From assembly GCA_965197425.1 (NCBI GenBank), contig CBDANC010000015.1:64001-128000 (forward strand): a DNA stretch of 64,000 nucleotides, read 5' to 3'. The notes beneath the pieces are model-generated. The model was not told where the DNA came from, made no database searches, and worked only from the letters and a program-made list of their open reading frames with translations. Positions 19,419 through 27,871 of this stretch are shown here, one piece after another. This DNA comes from Bdellovibrionales bacterium (GTDB lineage: Bacteria > Bdellovibrionota > Bdellovibrionia > Bdellovibrionales > JAUICD01). The first letter of the stretch is position 1. Each line of letters opens with the position of its first letter. The position numbers were made by a program, and so were the translations under genes.

Positions 19419-19530
19419 AGTGTTAGATACGGTGGCTCTTCAGGCACTAGCTAAAGGTATAGAAAAGAGCTTTCAAAACTTGTGTCTGGTATGGTTCGCT
19501 TCATAGAATGGTAGTAAGCGCGGGGGAATA

Positions 19531-20340
19531 ATGAGAGTTCTTAATTTTATTATAAGTTTTCTTATTTGTTTAGCTGTATCTGAGGTGTCTTTTTCTAAAG
19601 ACAAAGTGTTGGCTACGGTTAATTCAAAAAAAATAATGAAAAGTGATTTTGATAAAAAATATAAGGAAGTGGTTGATTCTACAATTAATCCTCCCAATAA
19701 AGATCAGTTTTTAGAAGATTTGGTAAGGTTTGAGGTTGGTGTTCAGGAAGCTAAAAAACAAAAGATTGCTGCAAATCCTATGGTAAGACAAGAAATAGAT
19801 AAGCTAACTTACAGATGGTTGTTAGAAAAAGAATTAAGCAAGTTTTCAGATCAAATCAAGGTTAGTAAGTCCGAGATGACGAAGTATTATAAGCAAAATC
19901 CAGAAATACGAACATCTCATATTTTAATAGAAATACCTCAAAACGCTTCCAAAAAACAAAGAGGAGCTGCTAATGCAAGGGCAAAAAAGATTTTGTCTGA
20001 AGTGAAGGCATCTAAAAAGTCATTTGAAAGTCTTGTAAAATTGTACACAGATGACATTCCTACTAAAAACACAGGAGGGGATTTAGGTTGGCAAACCAAG
20101 AGCAATATGCTGCCAGTTATCTATGCCGCTGCTGTTAAACTTAGAAAAGGTCGTGTATCTAATCTGGTAAGAACAAAATATGGTTATCATATCATAAAAC
20201 TTACAGGCAAGAAGTCATATCACCAGGCCAACAGAAGACAAATTGAGTTTGAAGTTTTTGAATACAAAAGAAAGCGATTGTTTGATAGATATTTTGCAGG
20301 ATTGAAAAAGAAATACAAAATCAAAAAATACTCCCTTTAG
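19531..20340 (+). CDS. Parvulin (PpiC-type) peptidyl-prolyl isomerase
   Basis: Signal peptide, SHILI, GGDLGW, TKYGYHIIKL. Confidence 0.92.
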   Translation: MRVLNFIISFLICLAVSEVSFSKDKVLATVNSKKIMKSDFDKKYKEVVDSTINPPNKDQFLEDLVRFEVGVQEAKKQKIAANPMVRQEIDKLTYRWLLEKELSKFSDQIKVSKSEMTKYYKQNPEIRTSHILIEIPQNASKKQRGAANARAKKILSEVKASKKSFESLVKLYTDDIPTKNTGGDLGWQTKSNMLPVIYAAAVKLRKGRVSNLVRTKYGYHIIKLTGKKSYHQANRRQIEFEVFEYKRKRLFDRYFAGLKKKYKIKKYSL

Positions 20341-20367
20341 TGATGTAGGTTGTGTTAGACATGGCCT

Positions 20368-21300
20368 ATGCAACCTAGATTCATTGACTTGTTTCGCTCT
20401 GTAATCCAGATACTTTTGATCCTTTTACTAACTGTTTCTTGTACTAAAAAGGATCGTAAAGTTGTTTTGGTGAAGGTTGGTGAACATAGCCTCATGTCTA
20501 ATGAATTTGCTAGTTTGTTAGCTAACAGAATTAAGCAATTTAATGTTATAGAGCTTAAAAACCCGCAAACCTTATCTGCAATAAAAACACAAGTGGTAAA
20601 TGAATTTATAAATGAAAGTCTTTTTAAGATATGGGCATCTCAAAATGATATTAAAGTACCAGAAACTGAAGTTTTAGATGAACTGAAAAAAATAAAGAAC
20701 AATTATAAAACAGACCTTTCATTTAAGGAGGCTTTAACAAATTCAGATGCTACATTAAAGCAATTAAGATCTAAAATAAGAATTTCTCTTTTAAAAAAGA
20801 AAGTATTTGATAAACTGAAAAAAAATATAACTCCACCATCAGAAGGTGATATCAAGTCATACTTTGAGGCAAATAAAGAAGACTTTAAGCTCAAACCCAG
20901 ATTAAAAATAGAACAAATAATTTTAACAAAACAGGAAGATGCAGATTTAACATACGAACAGCTCGTAAATGGCAATATACCTGAAAAGGTAAAACAAAAC
21001 TTAGAGCACCATTGGATATATGAAAGCGGACTTCAAGTTTTTGAGGAGGCATTTAAAATGGAACTCAACGAATGGAGCCCTGTGTTAAAATCTGAGTATG
21101 GCTATCACATTTACAGGGTTTTGTTAAAAGAGGATGAAAAATATTTATCTTTTGAAAAAGCAAAAGACTTGGTAAAAGACAGGTTGCTAGAGACCAGGCA
21201 GGAGGCAAGGTATTCTGATTGGTTAGAGGATATGCTTGGTAGTGTTGAAATATTTAAAAATGATGAGGCATTGAAGAATGTTATTGTTGAGGCTAGTTAA
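20368..21300 (+). CDS. SurA/PrsA-like PPIase lipoprotein
   Basis: Lipobox LTVSC; SurA N-domain; KSEYGYHI. Confidence 0.85.
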   Translation: MQPRFIDLFRSVIQILLILLLTVSCTKKDRKVVLVKVGEHSLMSNEFASLLANRIKQFNVIELKNPQTLSAIKTQVVNEFINESLFKIWASQNDIKVPETEVLDELKKIKNNYKTDLSFKEALTNSDATLKQLRSKIRISLLKKKVFDKLKKNITPPSEGDIKSYFEANKEDFKLKPRLKIEQIILTKQEDADLTYEQLVNGNIPEKVKQNLEHHWIYESGLQVFEEAFKMELNEWSPVLKSEYGYHIYRVLLKEDEKYLSFEKAKDLVKDRLLETRQEARYSDWLEDMLGSVEIFKNDEALKNVIVEAS

Positions 21301-22231
21301 TTCGCTCATTTTAAGAAGACCTATTTTAGGTTTTGTTTTCACTGTTTTTATCTCAGGCCATGCTCAAGCTTTGCTAGTTGAGAAGATTTTGGTTGTGGTG
21401 AATGATTCTATAATTACCATGACTGATGTTGAGCTTTATAAGAAGAGTTTAAAAACTGGCGAGTTGTTGGATGAGATGTTGAGTGAGACTGAAATAAAAA
21501 AACTTTTGAATGATAATGATGCTTTGTTGGACAAACTTATAGACAAAAAAATAATAGAGTATGAGGTAAAAAAGAAAGGATATGCTATTGCGGATAGTCA
21601 GTTGGAAAAGGAGATTCGTAACATATACAGAAGTTATAATATGACAAAGAATGAGCTTAAGAAGGCGTTAATGGACAAGGGTTTTAGTTTTGATGAGTAT
21701 TTATCTTTTATGAGGACCAATATTGAAAGACAGAATCTTATATCTCAGGAGATTGCTTCTAAAATTACAATTACTGATTCTGATATTGCCAATTATTACT
21801 ATTCAAAAAATAGTGAGGCTCCTTCGTCTATACGTCAATACACTGTATCTCAATTATATTGGAATGGAGAAAAACTTGGTGAAGCTAAGCATGCTCTTTT
21901 AAGCTTGAAAAAAGGTGATGTTAGTTTTAATGAGTTGGTAAAAACAATAGGTGGTAGTTCTGGCAAACTTGGAACATTTAAGCCCAATGATTTTTCTAAG
22001 GAGTTTTCAGCTGTTTTGGCTTTAGATCCTGGTGAATTTTCTGATGTAATAAAGAGTCCTGCTGGATTTCATATTTTGAGACTAGATAAAAAGGAGCTTG
22101 TTGCTAATCCTCAAATAGAGGCAATGAAGAATGAGTTGACATTGGAGTTGAGTGATCAACTTTTAAAAGCTCGCCTGGAATCTTGGCTTAGAGAAAAGAA
22201 AGGCAAATCGTTTATCAGAATTAACAAATGA
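21278..22231 (+). CDS. surA: Chaperone SurA
   Basis: EKILVVVNDSIIT, SPAGFHIL; directly upstream of pdxA. Confidence 0.85.
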   Translation: MLLLRLVNSLILRRPILGFVFTVFISGHAQALLVEKILVVVNDSIITMTDVELYKKSLKTGELLDEMLSETEIKKLLNDNDALLDKLIDKKIIEYEVKKKGYAIADSQLEKEIRNIYRSYNMTKNELKKALMDKGFSFDEYLSFMRTNIERQNLISQEIASKITITDSDIANYYYSKNSEAPSSIRQYTVSQLYWNGEKLGEAKHALLSLKKGDVSFNELVKTIGGSSGKLGTFKPNDFSKEFSAVLALDPGEFSDVIKSPAGFHILRLDKKELVANPQIEAMKNELTLELSDQLLKARLESWLREKKGKSFIRINK

Positions 22232-23145
22232 AGACTATATCCATCACCACAGGCGATAGAAGATCTGTGGGCCTTGAAGTTACAACAAAAGCCTTAGGTA
22301 GACTTTCTGTGAGTTTGAAGAATTCTTGTATTTTTACTTGGAGAGCTTGCGATAGTAACGATAACTACTTTAATGAACTAAAGAAAAAATTTTCTTATAA
22401 AATAGTGGATTCTCTGTCCAAGGCATTTAAAGCAAAAAAAGATGGATATTTGTTAGTTGATATAAAGTCCTCTGCTAGTGAATATGAGTGGGTCGAGCTT
22501 TCTGTAAAAGAGGCTTTGAAAGGAAATTTTGAAGCTATTGTTACAGGGCCTTTAACAAAAAATGAAAAGTATAAAGGGCACACAGATCTTTTAAGAAAGC
22601 TTACTAACAGAGAGTTATTTATGTGCTTTGTTGGTTCAAAGTTTTCGATATTACTAGTAACAGACCATATCTCTCTAGGGGAGGTTTCTAAGGCTATAAC
22701 CCTAGAAAAACTTCAATCTGCAATTCAATGTTCTAATGAGCTTTTAAAGCTAGTGAGTGCAAGCAGTAGTGGAGGAAGTATTGGATTATTGGGTTTAAAT
22801 CCTCATGCTGGGGAGGATGGAGTTCTTGGTAGAGAAGAGGAAGATTATAAAAAGGCAATTGATTGGGCCTTAAGAAATGAAATTCCTATAATAGGGCCTT
22901 TGGCTCCTGACACAGCTTTCAAGTCAGATGTTTTAAAGAGGTTTCAAGTTTTTGTAGCAAATTATCATGATCAAGGCTTAATTCCGTTCAAGGCTTTGCA
23001 TAAGCCCCACAGCACTGTAAATATAACTCTTGGGTTGCCATTTGTTAGAACAAGTTGTGATCACGGTTTAGCAATTGACATTGCTGGGAAAAACTTAGCT
23101 AACGAACTGTCTATGTATAGAGCCATAGAATTTGCATTAAGGTGA
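22228..23145 (+). CDS. pdxA: 4-hydroxythreonine-4-phosphate dehydrogenase
   Basis: GHTD, VTDHI, LNPHAGE, YHDQGLIPFK, RTSCDHG. Confidence 0.93.
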   Translation: MKTISITTGDRRSVGLEVTTKALGRLSVSLKNSCIFTWRACDSNDNYFNELKKKFSYKIVDSLSKAFKAKKDGYLLVDIKSSASEYEWVELSVKEALKGNFEAIVTGPLTKNEKYKGHTDLLRKLTNRELFMCFVGSKFSILLVTDHISLGEVSKAITLEKLQSAIQCSNELLKLVSASSSGGSIGLLGLNPHAGEDGVLGREEEDYKKAIDWALRNEIPIIGPLAPDTAFKSDVLKRFQVFVANYHDQGLIPFKALHKPHSTVNITLGLPFVRTSCDHGLAIDIAGKNLANELSMYRAIEFALR

Positions 23146-23344
23146 GATCCCCTGCGGGAGGCTTTTGAAGCCTTTCGGCTTCACCGTTTTTTACTATTAT
23201 GGTAAGGTTCGTGGTAACAGCTTTAACTCTGGGACGCTTCGCTTGAACCCTTCGTTAAAGCTATTGCAACTCACCTACATCCTTACATTTATAATACGGT
23301 GTAATTTATATTAGAGTTGGGTGTAAGTGACGGGATTGGCTGTA

Positions 23345-23607
23345 AGGCACCCCCCTACGGGGGGAGGTATTTGATGGTGGTGAAAACATAGGTTATATTT
23401 TGTACTCCACCATTTAAATACCTGTGCCGTAGGCACCCTCCTACGGGGGAGGTATTTGATGGTGGTGAAAACATAGGTTATATTTTGTACTCCACCATTT
23501 AAATACCTGTGCCGTAGGCACCCTCCTACGGGGGAGGTATTTGATGGTGGTGAAAATATAGGTTATATTTTGTACTCCGCCATTTAAATACCCGTGCCGT
23601 AGGCACC
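23345..23607. repeat. Tandem repeat, 3 x 85-86 bp palindromic unit
   Basis: AGGCACC recurs at 23345, 23431, 23516 and 23601; each unit contains CC(T/C)CC-TAC-GGGGG, AGGTATTT..ATGGTGG..CCACCAT..AAATACCT and GTGCC-GTA-GGCAC. Confidence 0.97.
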
Positions 23608-23680
23608 GCTTACCTGCTTTTGCCTTGCGCTATAGCAGATTTGGTGGTATTTGCTATAAAACTTTGATTAAGAGGTGGAT

Positions 23681-24082
23681 ATGGCATCGTATGAAGGTGT
23701 TGTGGTTGTAAAATCTAGTTTAGGCCATGAAGAGCAGAAACAAATTCTTGCTAAGAGCAAAGATGTGATCTCCAAAAATGGTGGAGATTTAAATCACTGT
23801 GATACTTGGGGTATCATGGGTTTGTCCAATCCTATAAAAAGTATAACGGATGGGATATTTTTTCATTACACATTCAATGCTAAGGGAGAATCTCTCAAAG
23901 AGATCGAACGGCTCTACAGATTAGATTCAAACGTTATAAAATATATTCATATTAACTTAGGTGCTAATGTTGATTTAAAAAAGCATGTAGATGAGTACAA
24001 GGATAGACTTACTAGATCTGCTCAGGCTGAAGAAGAAAGAGAACAAAAAAGAAGAGAAAAGAAAAGCAGTAAGTATTTTTAG
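23681..24082 (+). CDS. rpsF: 30S ribosomal protein S6
   Basis: YE..V, DTWG..LSNPI pattern; position upstream of DUF2232-rplI-dnaB; GAGGTGG before ATG 23681. Confidence 0.9.
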   Translation: MASYEGVVVVKSSLGHEEQKQILAKSKDVISKNGGDLNHCDTWGIMGLSNPIKSITDGIFFHYTFNAKGESLKEIERLYRLDSNVIKYIHINLGANVDLKKHVDEYKDRLTRSAQAEEEREQKRREKKSSKYF

Positions 24083-24102
24083 AGAGAAATAAGAGGTGTA
24101 TT

Positions 24103-24912
24103 TTGAGAAAAACGGTAGGACTTTTTTTATCTACACTTCTTTTGGCTGTGTTGTTTGCTCCACTTTGTAGTATTCCGTTGTTAAGCTTAGCGAAGCATGA
24201 TGATCGTGGTTTTTATGCGACAAGTTTCTTTGTGTTCTCTTTATTGTTTGGATTGTCTCATTTAACTGGGTATTTTCTCTGGGCTCCTTTTTTGAGTGTG
24301 GCTTTGTTGGTATTTTTGTTTCACTCGTTCAGAGTAAATGGATTTAATTTATTTGGTTCAGGAGCATTATCTGTGTTTGGAGTTTTAGGCGTAATATCTC
24401 TGGGGCTTTATTTTTGGCTTACTTATCAAAACCTTTCTTTTTTGCCTTGGATCTCTGGAAACTTGGCTCCTTTCTCTTTAGAGCATCAGGAGACTTTTAT
24501 TTCTCTTCTTCCTGCTATTGTTACAACTATGTTGATTGTTTCTCTTTGGATTGGATTGTCTTACAACAATTATAGGTCGTTGGCGATGGCTTTTAAGGTG
24601 CCTGATATTTGTATTTTTATCTTAGGACTTTCTATAGGACTTGCTTTTATAGATCATGGTTTAGATTGGTTGAAGGTTTTTGGGTTAAATATTTTTGTGG
24701 TAATGATAGTTGTTTATTTTTTGTTAGGAACCTCGATTATAACTATGATTTTTAATTTAAATAAGGTTGGGTTTTTGTGGCAACTGTTGATTTGTTTACT
24801 ATTGGTGCTGTATGCTCCTTGGGCTATATTGTTGTTGGGAGTATTTGACTATTGGTTAGATTTGAGAACTAAGACAATAACTCGTATGGCAGAAAAAAAT
24901 ACTAAAGGGTGA
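24103..24912 (+). CDS. DUF2232 (YybS-like) membrane protein
   Basis: Multi-TM; C-terminal LGVFDYWLDLR; conserved position before rplI. Confidence 0.8.
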   Translation: MRKTVGLFLSTLLLAVLFAPLCSIPLLSLAKHDDRGFYATSFFVFSLLFGLSHLTGYFLWAPFLSVALLVFLFHSFRVNGFNLFGSGALSVFGVLGVISLGLYFWLTYQNLSFLPWISGNLAPFSLEHQETFISLLPAIVTTMLIVSLWIGLSYNNYRSLAMAFKVPDICIFILGLSIGLAFIDHGLDWLKVFGLNIFVVMIVVYFLLGTSIITMIFNLNKVGFLWQLLICLLLVLYAPWAILLLGVFDYWLDLRTKTITRMAEKNTKG

Positions 24913-24915
24913 ATT

Positions 24916-25515
24916 ATGAAAGTTATTTTAACATCTGATGTAAGAAATTTAGGGAAAGTTGGTGATGTTGTAAGCGTAAAAAATGGTTATGCCAGAAACT
25001 ATTTATTACCTAAGGGAGTGGCTAGAGTTGCTACTGAGAGGAGAATGAAGGAGTTAAATCACTTGTTGAGTGTTGCAAAGGCCAAGAAATCCCAAATATT
25101 TGCGACTAGAAAGGAGTTATTGGACAAGCTTTGTGGCATAAAACTTACTATGAAGGCTCGTTCAAGTCATGAAAGTGACAAGCTATTTGGTTCCGTAACA
25201 AATGTGGATATATCCAACGCACTCTTTGAAAAAGGATTTGAGATAGATAAGCGCGATGTAGTTTTAAAGAATAACATCAAGACAATTGGGGAGCACAGTG
25301 TGAAAATCAGCCTGGGAGATAACTTAAGTGGAGATATAGTTGTGGTGGTCGAAAAAGAAACAGATGACAGCCTTGATGGTGCTAATAGAGATTTAAAAAC
25401 AAAAAAAGCCAATGAAAAAGACGATGTTACCACTGATAAAAAAGACAATCCAAATACCGAAAAAAATGAATCTAACAAAGAAGTCTCCAATGAAGATAGT
25501 GCTAAAGAAGAATAA
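24916..25515 (+). CDS. rplI: 50S ribosomal protein L9 with charged C-terminal tail
   Basis: MKVIL..DV.NLGKVGDVVSVKNGYARNYL, KLFGSVT. Confidence 0.97.
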   Translation: MKVILTSDVRNLGKVGDVVSVKNGYARNYLLPKGVARVATERRMKELNHLLSVAKAKKSQIFATRKELLDKLCGIKLTMKARSSHESDKLFGSVTNVDISNALFEKGFEIDKRDVVLKNNIKTIGEHSVKISLGDNLSGDIVVVVEKETDDSLDGANRDLKTKKANEKDDVTTDKKDNPNTEKNESNKEVSNEDSAKEE

Positions 25516-25552
25516 CAATTAGAAGGTTAAAAATTAATTTTTAAGGTCGTTT

Positions 25553-26935
25553 ATGCAAAAAAAGGAATCTGTATTAAAGAATGTTGCTTTGCCTCATAGT
25601 TTAGAGGCTGAGAGATCTTTAATTGCTTCTGTGATGATTTCTCAGGACGTTATGGATGATTTGGATCAGGTCATCAGTTCTGATGATTTTTATAAACCTG
25701 CTCATCAAACTGTTTATCAGGCATTTGAATATTTAAGTAAAAATAAAGATGTTTGTGATCTTGTGACCGTATCTAATAGGCTTACGGAGATGGGAGAGTT
25801 TGAGGCTGTAGGTGGTACCCAGTTTTTGCAAGAGATATATGACTCTGCTTTTACAGCAGCCAACATAATGCACTATGCGAAGATTATAAGGGATAAGGCT
25901 TTTGTAAGAAGGCTGATTAAGCTGTGTCAGGGTACAATTGAGGACGCTTTTGGGCTTGAGTCGGATGTAGAGGATTTTATAGCTAAGGCAGAGAGTGAGA
26001 TATATGCTCTCTCTGACAATAGAACGACATCTTGGTTGAAGCCTGCAAAAGATATAGTAAATGTAAGTATGGATAGGCTTCAGGATCTATTTTCAAATAA
26101 ATCTGATGTTACTGGAATTCCTACTGGTTTTGTTGAATTGGACAAAATAACGACTGGCCTTCAATCTAAGGATTTAATTATTTTGGCTGCTAGGCCTTCA
26201 ATGGGTAAAACTGCTCTTAGTCTTAACATGGCAATAAATTCAGCTATTAGGCACAAGAAGAAGGTAGCATATTTTTCTCTTGAAATGTCTAAAGAGCAGT
26301 TGATGTTTAGAATATTATCTATGGAATCTAGAATAAGACTTTCTGATATTAGAGTTGGTAAGATCAAAAATGCAGACTGGAAGGTGTTAGTTGATACAGC
26401 TTCTAGAATATCTCCTGCTCCGTTGTTTATAGATGATACATCAGATGTGGGGCCTAATGAAATTTTATCTAAGTGTAGAAGGCTGAAAAACAAACATGGA
26501 TTAGATTTGATTGTTGTAGATTATCTACAGCTTATGGATGTAAAACATAAGGTAGAAAGTAGAGAGAGGGCTGTCTCTGAAATTTCTAAGATGTTAAAAA
26601 AAATAGCTAAAGAGCTTGATGTCGCGATCTTGGCTTTGAGCCAACTTAATAGGTCTGTAGAAAGCAGATCTAGCAAAAGACCTATGTTATCGGATTTAAG
26701 AGAGTCTGGTTCTATAGAACAAGATGCTGATGTTATAATGATGATTTACCGTGAAGATTATTATGAGAAGGAAAATACCAGTAACAGTGGTGTTGCGGAG
26801 ATCATTGTGAGTAAGCAAAGAAACGGGCCTACAGGTAAAATTTCTCTAGCTTGGGTTCCTGAGTTTGGAACTTTTGCAAATCTTGCACCTAAAAGTTATG
26901 TTTCAGGTGGGGTAGGTCCTGAACTTAGGGATTAA
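25553..26935 (+). CDS. dnaB: Replicative DNA helicase
   Basis: PHSLEAE, ARPSMGKT, VDYLQLM, LSQLNR, DLRESGSIEQDAD. Confidence 0.98.
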   Translation: MQKKESVLKNVALPHSLEAERSLIASVMISQDVMDDLDQVISSDDFYKPAHQTVYQAFEYLSKNKDVCDLVTVSNRLTEMGEFEAVGGTQFLQEIYDSAFTAANIMHYAKIIRDKAFVRRLIKLCQGTIEDAFGLESDVEDFIAKAESEIYALSDNRTTSWLKPAKDIVNVSMDRLQDLFSNKSDVTGIPTGFVELDKITTGLQSKDLIILAARPSMGKTALSLNMAINSAIRHKKKVAYFSLEMSKEQLMFRILSMESRIRLSDIRVGKIKNADWKVLVDTASRISPAPLFIDDTSDVGPNEILSKCRRLKNKHGLDLIVVDYLQLMDVKHKVESRERAVSEISKMLKKIAKELDVAILALSQLNRSVESRSSKRPMLSDLRESGSIEQDADVIMMIYREDYYEKENTSNSGVAEIIVSKQRNGPTGKISLAWVPEFGTFANLAPKSYVSGGVGPELRD

Positions 26936-26942
26936 TAAACTC

Positions 26943-27285
26943 AAGGTCTTCCGAATGAGACTAAAAGATGGATTGGTGAAGTAAAGGACAGAGTCCAAAC
27001 GAAACCAAAACAACTTTTAGTCTCATGGTTGCCCAGTTCAAAGATAAGCCTAACGAGGCCAAATAAATGGACTGGTGCAACGAGTGTACAAAGTACAAGT
27101 GAAACCAGAACATTGGTTCAATTGGCTCACGGGATAAATCTTTATACTTTCCAATTGAAATAACCTCCCTGCGGTCGGTTTTTTGGCCAAGTGGCTCCTT
27201 CCCGGTGGACCTCACAGCCAATACCCTACCTCTACACATGTCATCAAACTCATACACAAGGTCTTCCGAACGAGATCCAACACTA
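26943..27285 (+). repeat. Modular palindromic repeat family, two units plus a third 5' end
   Basis: GAGACTAAAAG...CTTTTAGTCTC and GGCCAAA...TTTGGCC outer stems; module B at 27114-27178; TACACATGTCATCAAACTCAT shared with 42155-42175. Confidence 0.93.
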
Positions 27286-27367
27286 ATTTATCTTTCATTA
27301 AATTAACTTGTGATTTTTGGTTTCTTTTTAAAACTTATTTTTTAAATCAAGTAAACAATAAAAACTT

Positions 27368-27664
27368 TTATCTGTAACTTCTTAGGTTTAGTTTGTGTAA
27401 GTCTATTTTCTTTTTAAGTGTGTTTCTGTTTATACCCAGAACTTGTGCAGACTTAACTTGATTGCCTCTATTAGACTTTAATACTAGTTCTAACAAAGGT
27501 TTTTCTGTTTGCCCCATTATGACATTGTATATGCCACTAAGATCTGCTTCGGAACCTTCTTGTTGCTCAAAGAAAAATTCAAGTTTCTTTCTGACAATGT
27601 CTTCCAGGCTAGTTGATTTTAAGTTGGCAACCAAAAGGTTATCAGGTGAACTAACGCTATCCAT
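27368..27664 (-). CDS. fis: Fis-family DNA-binding protein
   Basis: EKPLLELVL...GNQVKSAQVLGINRNTLKKKI; ATG 27664 preceded by GAGGGG. Confidence 0.88.
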   Translation of the reverse strand: MDSVSSPDNLLVANLKSTSLEDIVRKKLEFFFEQQEGSEADLSGIYNVIMGQTEKPLLELVLKSNRGNQVKSAQVLGINRNTLKKKIDLHKLNLRSYR

Positions 27665-27871
27665 ATGACCCCTCTTTTTTATCGTTTTGAGAATAAGCTG
27701 ATAGGTATCTCTATTTTCTATTTTTTGCAAAGAATTTTTCAAATTATGCAACACAATAACCTTCGATCAAAAAAAAATTTCAATTTAAAAAAAATAAATA
27801 ATTTACAACCTAGGGCTAGTTTTAGTTATCTCCAATTAAGTTCTCTTTGGAAAAGTAGGTAAACTTATACT

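Noticed and set aside
23345..23607. CRISPR array
   Set aside because: The whole 85-bp unit repeats with no unique spacers, and there are no cas genes in the window
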